Below, one piece after another: positions 20,336 to 29,797 of a stretch of DNA of 64,000 bases (positions are counted from its first letter, which is position 1; every line of letters starts with the position of its first letter). The stretch is from an uncultured Gemmatimonadaceae bacterium (GTDB taxonomy: Bacteria > Gemmatimonadota > Gemmatimonadetes > Gemmatimonadales > Gemmatimonadaceae). The stretch spans positions 1,216,001 through 1,280,000 of the forward strand of contig CAVXGK010000002.1 in NCBI GenBank assembly GCA_963761305.1. Reading direction: 5' to 3'. The notes beneath the pieces were generated by a model. That model was not told the DNA's origin and did not search any database. It saw nothing but the letters and a program-made list of their open reading frames with translations. The translations under genes were made by a program, and so were the position numbers.

Positions 20336-21736
20336 CTACGCGGCAGTCACGAGCTGTTTGAAGACAGCGCCGCGGTGCTCGTAGTTGTCGAACATGTCGT
20401 AGCTCGAACAGGCGGGAGACAGCAGCACGGCGTCGCCGGGCTGCGCCAGATGGCGCGCGGTGGCGACGACGTCATCAAACGACGATCCGAGGCGGGTCAA
20501 CGGCACCACACCGTTCAGGTCGGCTTCGATGAGAGGCGCGGCTTCACCATACGCAATCACGGCGCGGCCGATCCGCCGCAACTCAGGGGCCAGCGCGGTA
20601 TAAGGCTCGCCTTTGTGCTTGCCGCCGAGCAGCAGCACGGTCGGCCGCGTCATTCCGCGAATGGCGACGAGGGTCGATGTCACATTTGTGGACTTTGAAT
20701 CATTAATCCACAATACCCCGCCCCGGTCAGCCACCGACTCGATCCGGTGCTCCAATGCGTGGAACGCACGCATCGTGTCCCGCAGTCGCACCAGTGCGTG
20801 CGGCGTGCGATGCTCCCGGTCGGCCAGCATCACCGCGAGCGCCGCCGCCAGCGCGTTGGCCACGTTGTGATCCCCCAGCAAGGGCAGTTCGCTGCGCGCG
20901 ATCAGCGGATGCCCCAGAACGACGAGCGTGTCGCTCTCGCGGTCGTAGAACGCCGCGGCGCTCGACTCTACCGAAAACCGACAGTGGAGCCCGCCGATGT
21001 TCCCCCCCCCCGTGAGACGCTCCGAATCCGGGTCGTCGGCGTTTGTGATCCAGCACGACTCGGGCTTGGCGTTCCTGAACATCAGCATCTTGTCGCCGTA
21101 GTACTCGCTCACGTTGGCGTATCGGTCCAGGTGATTCGCCGCGAGGTTCGTGAGCACGCCCACCGTCGGGTCGATCGATGGCGTGTCGTGTAGCTGGAAC
21201 GACGAAATCTCGAGCGCGACCCACGCCGGCGGCGTCCGCGACGCCGCCAACTCACACAGCGGCGTGCCGATGTTCCCCGCCGTCGACGCTCGGCGGCCGA
21301 GCGCCGAGAGTAGCTGGCCGGTGAGCGCCGTCGTCGTGGTCTTGCCGTTCGAGCCGGTGATGGCGATGTACGACAACCGCGGGAGGAACCGCAGTCCGAT
21401 CTCCACCTCGCTCACGATGTCCACGCCGGCCGATCGCGCGGCGACGAACGGGGGAGCATCGGGCGGAACCCCCGGGCTCGCGACGACGAGGGATGCGCGC
21501 GCAATACGGTCGAGGTCGTGGAGGCCGACGTCGGTGGCGACGCCTTCGCCGTGCAGCGCACGAGCGGTCGTGTCGACCGCGGGCGACGCCGCCGCGTCCG
21601 ACGCGTATACCGACGCGCCGGCGCGAGCGAGGAGTTGCGCGGCGCTGCGACCGCTCCGCGCCAACCCGACGACCGCGATTTCTCCACGGAGCCATCGGGC
21701 CGGAAGGGCCGCGTCGAGGACGCGTTCCATCGTCAC
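20336..21736 (-). CDS. murD: UDP-MurNAc-L-Ala--D-glutamate ligase
   Basis: ASPGV, TGSNGKTTT, GNIG, EISSFQL, NDSKSTN and LSPACSSYD. Start is GTG 21736 or ATG 21730. Confidence 0.96.
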   Translation of the reverse strand: MTMERVLDAALPARWLRGEIAVVGLARSGRSAAQLLARAGASVYASDAAASPAVDTTARALHGEGVATDVGLHDLDRIARASLVVASPGVPPDAPPFVAARSAGVDIVSEVEIGLRFLPRLSYIAITGSNGKTTTTALTGQLLSALGRRASTAGNIGTPLCELAASRTPPAWVALEISSFQLHDTPSIDPTVGVLTNLAANHLDRYANVSEYYGDKMLMFRNAKPESCWITNADDPDSERLTGGGNIGGLHCRFSVESSAAAFYDRESDTLVVLGHPLIARSELPLLGDHNVANALAAALAVMLADREHRTPHALVRLRDTMRAFHALEHRIESVADRGGVLWINDSKSTNVTSTLVAIRGMTRPTVLLLGGKHKGEPYTALAPELRRIGRAVIAYGEAAPLIEADLNGVVPLTRLGSSFDDVVATARHLAQPGDAVLLSPACSSYDMFDNYEHRGAVFKQLVTAA

Positions 21737-22881
21737 CGCAGCTTGATGGTGCTTAGGGCGAAGAAGGCGCACAGAATCCCGATGATCCAGAACCGGACGA
21801 CCACCTGACTTTCCGACCAACCCAGCTCCTCGAAATGGTGGTGCAATGGCGCTCGGCGAAAAACGCGGTGCGCCTTGGCGTACTCGAGATTGTATCGCTT
21901 CTTCCGGTACTTGAACGTGTAACGCTGCACGATCACGGACATCATCTCCGCCACGAACACCGCGCCCACGAACGCGAGGACGAACTCCGATTTGAGCAGA
22001 ATCGCCACCGCGCCGAGCCCGCCGCCCAGCGCCAGCGACCCGGTGTCGCCCATGAAGATTTTGGCCGGATGCGTGTTGTACCAGAGGAATCCAATGAGCG
22101 CGCCGACGATCGCGATGCAGAAGACGGCCAGCTCACCGGAGTCCTGGAGATACGGCATGAACAGAAACCGGCTGTAGTCCACGCGGCCGATGATGTACGC
22201 GAAGATCGCGAACGTCGCGAACGCGATCGCCGAAAGGCCGGAGGCCAGGCCGTCGAGCCCGTCGGTGATGTTCACCGCGTTGCTCGTCCCGGTGAGAATG
22301 AACGTCGTGAACAGCACGTACGCCCACCCGAAGCCGGGTAGGAAAAGCACGATGACGTTCTTGAAGAACGGAAGGCTGGTCGACGCGGCCGGCAGATTGG
22401 GCTGCAGCGGGTAGTGGAGCAGATACCAGCCGAGCGCCAGCCCCGCGGTCACCTGGCCGACGAGCTTGTACCTCTCGACCAATCCGTCCTTCCGTTCGCC
22501 GCGCCGTTTCTGTCGCAGCTTGAGGAGGTCGTCGACAAAACCGATCACGCCCATCCAGAGCGTGGTCGCGACGGCCACATAGAGGTATGGGTGCGCGAAG
22601 CTGAAGCGCCCCCACAACGCGATGGAAATCAGCGCGCTGTTGAGGATGATGAGCCCGCCCATCGTCGGCGTGGCGCCTTTCACCACGTGCGACTGCGGCG
22701 TTCCGTCGCGCACTCCCTGCGATATCGACTCCCGCTTGAGCGCGGCGAGAATGATCGGGCCGACCACGAACGAGAGCAGCAGCGCCGTCACGGCCGCACC
22801 GACCGCACGAAACGAGATGTACGTGAGGACGTTCAGGACCTTCAGGTGTTTGGCGAGCGGCAGGAGGAAAGCGTAGAGCAC
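21733..22881 (-). CDS. mraY: Phospho-N-acetylmuramoyl-pentapeptide transferase
   Basis: KGATPTMGG, GFVDD, NAVNITDGLDG, FMGDTGSL and APLHHHFE. Confidence 0.97.
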   Translation of the reverse strand: MLYAFLLPLAKHLKVLNVLTYISFRAVGAAVTALLLSFVVGPIILAALKRESISQGVRDGTPQSHVVKGATPTMGGLIILNSALISIALWGRFSFAHPYLYVAVATTLWMGVIGFVDDLLKLRQKRRGERKDGLVERYKLVGQVTAGLALGWYLLHYPLQPNLPAASTSLPFFKNVIVLFLPGFGWAYVLFTTFILTGTSNAVNITDGLDGLASGLSAIAFATFAIFAYIIGRVDYSRFLFMPYLQDSGELAVFCIAIVGALIGFLWYNTHPAKIFMGDTGSLALGGGLGAVAILLKSEFVLAFVGAVFVAEMMSVIVQRYTFKYRKKRYNLEYAKAHRVFRRAPLHHHFEELGWSESQVVVRFWIIGILCAFFALSTIKLR

Positions 22882-22882
22882 G

Positions 22883-24313
22883 TCAGCGATCGGCAGAGAG
22901 TGGCGGGGGTGGCGTCGTCGCGTTCCGCTGAGCGGCCCAGTCGGTGATCGGCTTTAGAAGTCTCTCGAGACGCATTCCGCGCGAACCTTTGAGGAGGATA
23001 ACGGCATCGGGTGAGACGCGCGACGACAAGCCGGCCCAGAGACCGTCGGTGTCCACCGCCGTCACGACCCGCGACTCCCGCGGCGCCAACCGCTCGAAGG
23101 CCGCGCCGAATTCGCCGAGCGCGCCGATGAGCTCCACGCCGGACTCGAGTACCTCACGCGCGATCTCGTCGTGCAGTCGCGGCGTGTGCGGACCGAGCTC
23201 GAGCATCGAGCCGAGAATCGCCACGCGCTGTTTGCCCTGCCCCGCGTGGCTCAGCAGCTCGAGCGCCGCGCGGGTCGATCCGGGATTCGCGTTGTACGCG
23301 TCGTTGATCAGCGTGAGCGCGCCGAGTCGTTCGACGTTCACGCGCATCGGCGGCACCGGCATGGCAGCGATGCCACGCGCGGCGTCAGCCACCGAGACGC
23401 CGGCCGCGCGCGCGGCGGCAATCGCCAGCATCGCGTTCCGTACGTTGTGCGATCCGCGCAACGGGACCACGACCTCCACGCCGTCCACGGTGACGCGTCC
23501 GCGCCCGTCCTGATCGACCGTCGCGTTCGTTCCCACGACATCCCCGCGATCCACACCCGCCGTCGTCACGTGTCGCGCGCGCGCGCGCGCCACCTCGGCC
23601 ACATTTTCCTGCGACGCCGGCACGATGGCGAGCTCCACGCCATCGGTCGACGCCATCTCTTCGCGCATCACGCCGTCGAGGTCTCCGAGCCCTTCGAGAT
23701 GCTCCTCGCCGATCGACGTCACCACCGTCACGTCCGGCTCGACGATCGCGCGCAACCGCGGCACCTCGCCGGGGGTGTTCGTCCCCATCTCGATGACGGC
23801 GATGTCCGCGGCGTCGGGAATGGCCAGCAACGTGAGCGGCACGCCGATGAGGTTGTTGAAGTTCGCGCTCGTCGCGTGGACTTCGAGCACGCTCCCGAGC
23901 GCGGCGCGAAGCAATTCCTTCGTGCTCGTCTTGCCGTTGGTGCCCACGACGCCGATCACCGGCTTGTTCCACGCACGGCGGCGATAGGTGCCGAGCGCTC
24001 CGAGCGCGACGAGCGTGTCGGAGACGAGGTACGCCGGAATCCCGAGACCCTTGGCCGCGCTCGGACGGGAGACGACCACGCCCGCCGCGCCCTTGCCCGC
24101 CGCCTCGCGCAGAAAGTCGTGCGCGTCGAACTTCTCGCCGACGAGCGCCACGAACAGATCGCCCGGTTCGATCGTGCGCGTGTCGGTCCACACGCGGCGG
24201 AATGTCGTCGCGGTCACTGGCAAGTTCGTCGTCGCGACGCCGGACAGCGCATCCATCACACGCTCCGCCGTCCAGAACGATTGGCCGACCTCGACGCGCG
24301 CCGTCGCCGTCAC
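22883..24313 (-). CDS. murF: UDP-MurNAc-tripeptide--D-Ala-D-Ala ligase
   Basis: DTR, GTNGKTSTK, NNLIGVP, NDAYNANP and KGSRG. Confidence 0.95.
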   Translation of the reverse strand: MTATARVEVGQSFWTAERVMDALSGVATTNLPVTATTFRRVWTDTRTIEPGDLFVALVGEKFDAHDFLREAAGKGAAGVVVSRPSAAKGLGIPAYLVSDTLVALGALGTYRRRAWNKPVIGVVGTNGKTSTKELLRAALGSVLEVHATSANFNNLIGVPLTLLAIPDAADIAVIEMGTNTPGEVPRLRAIVEPDVTVVTSIGEEHLEGLGDLDGVMREEMASTDGVELAIVPASQENVAEVARARARHVTTAGVDRGDVVGTNATVDQDGRGRVTVDGVEVVVPLRGSHNVRNAMLAIAAARAAGVSVADAARGIAAMPVPPMRVNVERLGALTLINDAYNANPGSTRAALELLSHAGQGKQRVAILGSMLELGPHTPRLHDEIAREVLESGVELIGALGEFGAAFERLAPRESRVVTAVDTDGLWAGLSSRVSPDAVILLKGSRGMRLERLLKPITDWAAQRNATTPPPPLSADR

Positions 24314-25806
24314 GCGTGGCCTCCGCCGGACGCGACGCCGCGCGCCGACAGCTCGTCCACGATCTCGCGCTCGTCGAAATGCGTTTTGGTCGTGCCGCGA
24401 ATCTGATACGTCTCGTGGCCTTTGCCGGCCAGCATCACCACGTCGTCCGGCGCGGCGATTTCCAGCGCGCGCGCGATGGCGGCGCGACGGTCTTCGATGC
24501 GCTCGTGATTCTTGTTGCTCATCCCGCGCTCGATGTCGTCGAGGATCGCCTCGGGATCCTCGCGCCGCGGGTTGTCGCTCGTGAGAATCACGAAATCCGC
24601 GTCGCGCTCGGCGATGCCGCCCATCTCGGGTCGCTTGCCCTTGTCGCGATCGCCGCCGCAGCCGAACACGACGATGAGCCTGCCGCGCGTGAACGGCCGC
24701 ACCGCGGCGATCGCTCGCTCGAGCGCGTACGGCTTGTGCGAGTAGTCGCGCAGCACGGTCGGGTGACCGCGGAGAATCTCCAGCCGGCCGGGCACCTGCG
24801 GAACCGTGTCGAGTCTCGACGCGATGCGCGGCACCGGCACGGACAGCGCGTGCGCCGCCGCCGCCGCGCCAAGTGCGTTGATCACATTAAAGTCGCCGAT
24901 GAGCGGCAGTCTGACCGGCGCACGTTCCTCGCCGATGACGAGCGTCCAGTCGCTTCCTTTGCCCGAGAAGCGAACGTCTTCGGCGTGCACTTCGGCCGAC
25001 GCGAGGCGCTCACTGAATCCGATCGTGGTGCGATCGAGCGGGAGCGCTTTCCACGACGCGTCGTCGCGGTTGACCACGACCGTCGAATTCGCCGTCAAAT
25101 GGTCCAGCAGTCGCGCCTTGGCGCGAAAGTAGGCTTCCATCGTGTGATGGTAGTCGAGATGCTCGCGCGTGAAGTTCGTGAACACCGCGACGGCGAACCG
25201 CAGACCTTCCACGCGCTGCTGTTCCAACGAGTGCGACGACACCTCCATCGCCACGCGACGCACGCCGCGGTCGCGCAGCGCGCGCAGCACGCGTTGAAGC
25301 TCGACCGGGCCGGGCGTTGTGAGTCCGCCGCCGTCGTGCGCGCCGAGCACTTCGCCCGCCTGTCCGATCAAAACGCCGAGCGTGCCGATCGACGCGGCGG
25401 TGTTGCCGTCGTCGAGCAGGTGGCGGAGCATGTTGACGGTCGTCGTCTTGCCGTTCGTGCCGGTGACGCCGACGAGTTGCATCTCGCGCGCGGGCCAGGC
25501 GAAAAACGCCGACGCGGCGACCGCTGCCGCTCGCCGGCCGTCGTTGACGACGAGCGCCGGTAGATCCGCTCGCGACCCATCCTCGACGATCGCCGCCGCT
25601 GCGCCAATCGACTGCGCGGCGGCCAGATACTCGTGGCCGTCGCGCTCGGTGCCGCGCACGGCGACGAACATCGAACCGGCCGTCGCGGACCGGCTGTCGT
25701 CGGTGATGTCGCTGACCGATTCGGGAAGCGCGCCGCGTCGGTCGACGAGTAGACCCGCGTCGTCGAGCGCTCGCGCGATCACCTCGATCTGGACCGGGTG
25801 GGGCAT
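24310..25806 (-). CDS. murE: UDP-MurNAc-dipeptide--diamino acid ligase
   Basis: DSR, TGTNGKTT, LTTP, EVSSH, GGDRD, SDNPR and GKGHE. Start trimmed to ATG 25806. Confidence 0.95.
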   Translation of the reverse strand: MPHPVQIEVIARALDDAGLLVDRRGALPESVSDITDDSRSATAGSMFVAVRGTERDGHEYLAAAQSIGAAAAIVEDGSRADLPALVVNDGRRAAAVAASAFFAWPAREMQLVGVTGTNGKTTTVNMLRHLLDDGNTAASIGTLGVLIGQAGEVLGAHDGGGLTTPGPVELQRVLRALRDRGVRRVAMEVSSHSLEQQRVEGLRFAVAVFTNFTREHLDYHHTMEAYFRAKARLLDHLTANSTVVVNRDDASWKALPLDRTTIGFSERLASAEVHAEDVRFSGKGSDWTLVIGEERAPVRLPLIGDFNVINALGAAAAAHALSVPVPRIASRLDTVPQVPGRLEILRGHPTVLRDYSHKPYALERAIAAVRPFTRGRLIVVFGCGGDRDKGKRPEMGGIAERDADFVILTSDNPRREDPEAILDDIERGMSNKNHERIEDRRAAIARALEIAAPDDVVMLAGKGHETYQIRGTTKTHFDEREIVDELSARGVASGGGHA

Positions 25807-25807
25807 C

Positions 25808-27835
25808 CTAGTGTTCGATGACCAGTCGGACGATCGATCCGGCGGGCGCCAGCTCGCCGGCCGTGGGACTCGTGCTCGACGGCGCGCCTCCGCCACTCGC
25901 AATTCGTGTGAGTCGCACACGAAAGCCGGCGTCGTGCAGCGAACGGACCGCGTCTCGCAGAACGAGACCACGTACGTCGGGCACCGGACGCACGACGCGC
26001 GGCGCCGGCGGCGGCGCGGCCATCGGCAGCGACGCGACAAACGTCTTCGGCGTGTCGTCGCGCACGATCGGTTGAGAATCGGCGGGCGGAACCTCGGGAG
26101 CGCTCGCGACCTCGGTCGGAGCCGGCGCGGGCGCTCCGGATTGCGTGACTTGCTCGCGTGCCGAATCGCGCTTGGTGGGAACGACGCTCGACGCGAGCTT
26201 GCCGCGGTCGAGCGCCGCGTCGCGCGCCGCGATGGCCGCCTGCAGAATCGCCTTCGTCACCGGCGCCGCGGTTTCCGCCGCGAAGATCGAGCTCTGTGGC
26301 GCGGTGAGCTTCACCACGATCACGTACTGCGGATCGTCGCCGGGAAAAAGCCCAACGAAGTTGGGGTTGTAGCGTCCCGCCACGTAGCGGCCTTTCACCG
26401 AACCGCGCGGCGTGCCCGTCTTGCCCGCCAACAGATAGTTGTCGAGCGCCGCCTGAAGTGCGGTGCCTTCGTCCACGACGTTGAGCAGGAGACCGCGAAC
26501 CTTTTCCGCGGTCGCGGGCGACACGACCCGTCGCACGACGCGCGGTGTGTGGTGATAGCGCACGGTGCCGTCGGGGCCGACGATCTCGTCCACCAGCGCC
26601 GGCTCCACGAGCTTTCCACCGTTCGCAAAGACTGCGTACGCCGAGGCGAGCTGCAGCGGCGTCACCGACACCTCGTACCCCATCGCCATCGACGCGGCCG
26701 ACTGCTTCGACCACGACTTGGGCGCGCGCAGGCTACCGCCGGACTCCGTCGGATACGGCACGCCGGTCGTCGTGCCGAACCCGAAGTCGCGCAGCGTCTC
26801 GAATTCTTCGCGCGCGCTCAGCCGCTGAGAGAACTTCACGATTCCGATGTTGCTCGACCACCGAATCACGTCGGCCAGCGGCGCGCGGCCGACGAGATGC
26901 TCGTCGTGGATCTGCCGACCGTCGATCTCGAACACGCCGTTGCCCGTGTCCACCGAATCGCTGTCGGCCACGCGGCCGCGATCGATTAGACCGGCCGCCA
27001 TGAACGGCTTCGCCGTCGAGCCGGGCTCGAACGGTTCGGTGAGGACGGTGGCGGCGGTTTGCTTGGGATCGAGGCGCCGGCTCGCCATCGCGCGAATCGC
27101 GCCTGTGTGCGGATCGAGCACGACGATGTCGCCGCCTTCCGCCCCCATGCGCGCCACCGCGTCGGCCAACGCGCGCTCGGCGATCTCCTGAAGATCGGCG
27201 TTGATCGTGAGGACGATGCTGTTCCCCTTCACCGGCGGCGTTCCCGGCTCCGTGGGCGACTCGCGACCTTGGCCGCGCGGATCGCGCACCATCGTCGCCG
27301 TGCCCGGCTCGCCGCGCAGGATCGAATCGAGCGACATCTCGAGCCCGTCGACCGGTTTGTTGTCCTGGTCGACGTGGCCGATAATCCCTTCCGTTCCGGC
27401 CGACACTGCGTCTTCGCGCGCCAGCGACGCGAACGAGTGCACGCCGCGCAGCAATATCGCCGGCGCCGCGTCGACCGCGAGGAATCGGTTGGGGATTGTC
27501 AGGTACTTGGACGACGTGTCGATCGCCCGCGCGATGACGCTGGCGTCGACGTGCAGCTTGGCGAGCGCCGCCTTGAGCTTGCGCGGCTCGTTGACTTCGC
27601 GCGGCGCGATCTCCAACCGCACCGTCTCGCGGCTTTGCGCGAGCACCCGATGCGTCTCGTCGAGGATGTCACCGCGCGGCGCCGGCACGACCTTCTCGGC
27701 CGTTTGCTGGCGCGCCGCGCGCGCGCGCCAGCTCGTGCCGTGCACGAGTTGGACGTCGGCGGCCTTGATGAGGATCGCGACGGCGAACACGGCAAGCACG
27801 GCGTGCGCCAACCCGATCCGTCTTGAGCGAATCAC
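25808..27835 (-). CDS. ftsI: Class B penicillin-binding protein (FtsI-like) with a C-terminal PASTA domain
   Basis: SxxK (STAK), SxN (SSN), KTG, and PASTA-like VPDVRGLVLRDA. Confidence 0.9.
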   Translation of the reverse strand: MIRSRRIGLAHAVLAVFAVAILIKAADVQLVHGTSWRARAARQQTAEKVVPAPRGDILDETHRVLAQSRETVRLEIAPREVNEPRKLKAALAKLHVDASVIARAIDTSSKYLTIPNRFLAVDAAPAILLRGVHSFASLAREDAVSAGTEGIIGHVDQDNKPVDGLEMSLDSILRGEPGTATMVRDPRGQGRESPTEPGTPPVKGNSIVLTINADLQEIAERALADAVARMGAEGGDIVVLDPHTGAIRAMASRRLDPKQTAATVLTEPFEPGSTAKPFMAAGLIDRGRVADSDSVDTGNGVFEIDGRQIHDEHLVGRAPLADVIRWSSNIGIVKFSQRLSAREEFETLRDFGFGTTTGVPYPTESGGSLRAPKSWSKQSAASMAMGYEVSVTPLQLASAYAVFANGGKLVEPALVDEIVGPDGTVRYHHTPRVVRRVVSPATAEKVRGLLLNVVDEGTALQAALDNYLLAGKTGTPRGSVKGRYVAGRYNPNFVGLFPGDDPQYVIVVKLTAPQSSIFAAETAAPVTKAILQAAIAARDAALDRGKLASSVVPTKRDSAREQVTQSGAPAPAPTEVASAPEVPPADSQPIVRDDTPKTFVASLPMAAPPPAPRVVRPVPDVRGLVLRDAVRSLHDAGFRVRLTRIASGGGAPSSTSPTAGELAPAGSIVRLVIEH

Positions 27836-28191
27836 GGGGGGGGCGTGCGTTGAGGCGAGGCTTGAGTCGTAGGACGCGCCAGCAAGACCTGCTGGTCCGG
27901 GGAGGGGATGTGCATGTTCAGCCGCTGCTCGGCGATCGGCTGCAGGTGCGCCCGGCTCGACGCTTCACGGATCACGCCCTCGAGCCGGATCCGTTCCGCC
28001 TCGAGAGCTTCACGCCGTTGGCGCAGGCGGCGGATCGTGGTCTCCGCCCCCACACCGAGCACCCTGCGTGCAATGACGCCCGTAGCCGCCAAGACGAAAC
28101 CAACGAGCACCAAAGCGATGAGCGCACGCGCGCCCGGACGACCGCGTCGTCTCGACCTGGACCGCGGAGCGCCGGCTACGCTTTTCGCCAT
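27832..28191 (-). CDS. ftsL: FtsL-like cell division protein
   Basis: Basic N-terminus, single TM, coiled coil and AEQRLNM. Lies between rsmH and ftsI. Confidence 0.75.
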   Translation of the reverse strand: MAKSVAGAPRSRSRRRGRPGARALIALVLVGFVLAATGVIARRVLGVGAETTIRRLRQRREALEAERIRLEGVIREASSRAHLQPIAEQRLNMHIPSPDQQVLLARPTTQASPQRTPPP

Positions 28192-29105
28192 GCGCGAAGA
28201 CGTGCGCTGCGGGCGCGCGGGTTGGTCGCCATCTCGGATTCTGAAGGAACGACCGGCCGCTTCGTGAGCGTGGTGCCGAGCGCGTGACCGCGGCACGTGC
28301 AGATGGGGTGCCCGGGTGGGCAGATGCACGCGGCGCTCCAATCACGAAATGCGGTCTTCACGATCCGGTCTTCTCCCGAGTGATACGCGATGACGACGAA
28401 CGTGCCGCGGGGCAACAGCTGGTCGCGCAGCAGCGGCAGTGCGCGTTCGAGAATCGAGAGCTCGTCGTTCACGGCGATCCGGATCGCCTGGAAGAGCCGA
28501 GCGAAGTCCGGCGCGCCGCTGCGGGGCCCGAGCACCGCACGGATCGCGCCGACGAGGTCGTCGCTCGTCGACATCGGCCGCGTCTCTCGGCGCCGAATGA
28601 TTTCGGCCGCCAGCCGTCTCGCGTGTCGCTCGTCGCCATACGAATGAAACGCATCGGCGAGCAAGTCGCGGTCGGACGTGTTGAGGAAATCGGCGGCAGT
28701 CATTGCGTCGGCGTCGTCGCCGCCCATGCGCATGTCGAGCGACGCGCCAGGGCGGAAGCTGAAGCCGCGCGCCTCGTCATCTACCTGGTGCGACGAGATC
28801 CCCAGGTCGAGAAGGACACCGTCGATTGGCTTCGATCGGATTGGTTCGAGCTCCGCCGCGTCCGCGAAATTCGACTGCACGGCAATGAACCGATCCGCCG
28901 TGGCGAAGTCCCGCAGGCGCTCACGCGCCGCGGCGATGGCGTCCGGGTCGCGATCGACGCCGATGACCTCGTGGATACCTCCTTCGAGGAGCGCGAGGCT
29001 ATGGCCTCCTCCGCCGAGGGTCCCATCGAGCACGCATTTGGCGCCGCGCAGGTACGACGTCACTTCGGTGACGAGGGCGGGTGCGTGGTACACGTCGAGT
29101 GGCAC
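28176..29105 (-). CDS. rsmH: 16S rRNA m4C1402 methyltransferase RsmH (MraW)
   Basis: DGTLGGGGHS, DLGISSHQ, LDMRM, FQAIRIAVN, YHSGEDR and NPRARSARLR. Confidence 0.96.
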   Translation of the reverse strand: MPLDVYHAPALVTEVTSYLRGAKCVLDGTLGGGGHSLALLEGGIHEVIGVDRDPDAIAAARERLRDFATADRFIAVQSNFADAAELEPIRSKPIDGVLLDLGISSHQVDDEARGFSFRPGASLDMRMGGDDADAMTAADFLNTSDRDLLADAFHSYGDERHARRLAAEIIRRRETRPMSTSDDLVGAIRAVLGPRSGAPDFARLFQAIRIAVNDELSILERALPLLRDQLLPRGTFVVIAYHSGEDRIVKTAFRDWSAACICPPGHPICTCRGHALGTTLTKRPVVPSESEMATNPRARSARLRAWRKA

Positions 29106-29115
29106 CGAGCGGTAA

Positions 29116-29322
29116 TCGGAATGAGGTGAACGGCGATCCGATGCGACGCTTCGCCGACCTCAAAGGTATCGAATGGCGAGCGCTCAGCTCGCCCTGCCTT
29201 GGAAGCGAAAGGGGTGACCACCAGACCGAGACGGCAGGTCATCCCCCCGAACCACTGGCCGCCTTCCCGACGATGAGCCCCCGGCGCGAGGGGTTGAGTC
29301 GCCGGCCGGGGGACTTCTCCGA
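29116..29322 (-). ncRNA. Candidate structured RNA or leader upstream of rsmH (family unknown)
   Basis: Hand folding gives a closing helix and four stem-loops. It has none of the SRP, RNase P or tmRNA signature motifs I know. Confidence 0.3.
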
Positions 29323-29359
29323 CGGACGATGCCAGCTAGTCGACCGACCACAGGATTCT

Positions 29360-29739
29360 CGCCGCCGAACGACTAAACGTCATCGCCGGACGACTAAACG
29401 GCATCGCCGAAACGACGAACCGCATCGCCGAAACGACGAACCGCAGTCGCCGACTGACGAAGCCGCATTGCCGACTGACGAAGCAGCATCGCCGACCGAC
29501 GAATCCTCATCGTCGGAGCGATGAACCGCATCGCCGAACGACTACACGTCATCGCCGAAACGACGAATCGCATCGTCGAACCGATGAACCGAATCGCCAA
29601 AACGAGGAACCTTAGTCGCCGAACGACGAAGCCGGATTGCCGACTTACGAAGCCGCAACGCCGACGGACGAATCCTCATTGTCGGAACGATGAACCGCAT
29701 CGCCGACCGACGAATCCTCGTCGCCGAAGGACAAAACAA
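29360..29739. repeat. Degenerate 21-bp tandem array, 18 units, consensus ~CATCGCCGAAACGACGAACCG, with a 169-bp higher-order period
   Basis: Parsed unit by unit: 16 units of 21 bp and two of 22 bp (29444 and 29613), which lie exactly 8 units apart. Confidence 0.92.
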
Positions 29740-29783
29740 GAAAACGGCCCGCCCCGTCGCTCCGATAGCGACGGGCGGGCCGT
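29733..29783 (-). terminator. Rho-independent terminator of the TPR gene
   Basis: Stem ACGGCCCGCC(C)CGTCGCT / AGCGACGGGCGGGCCGT, followed on the minus strand by TTTTCTTGTTTT. Confidence 0.8.
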
Positions 29784-29797
29784 GGTTGGATCGATCG

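Noticed and set aside
21002..21011. C10 tract in murD (and T9 at 38374-38382) as phase-variation sites
   Set aside because: Both are in frame in intact genes, and murD is essential.
29116..29322. RNase P RNA, SRP RNA or 6S RNA
   Set aside because: It lacks GAGGAAAGUCC / AGAACCCGGCUUA and the SRP helix-8 CAGG..GNRA..AGCAG motif, and the hand fold is multibranched rather than rod-like. An Rfam search is still needed.
29360..29739. 21-bp array as a CRISPR array
   Set aside because: Units are head-to-tail and degenerate with no unique spacers, and there are no cas genes in the window.
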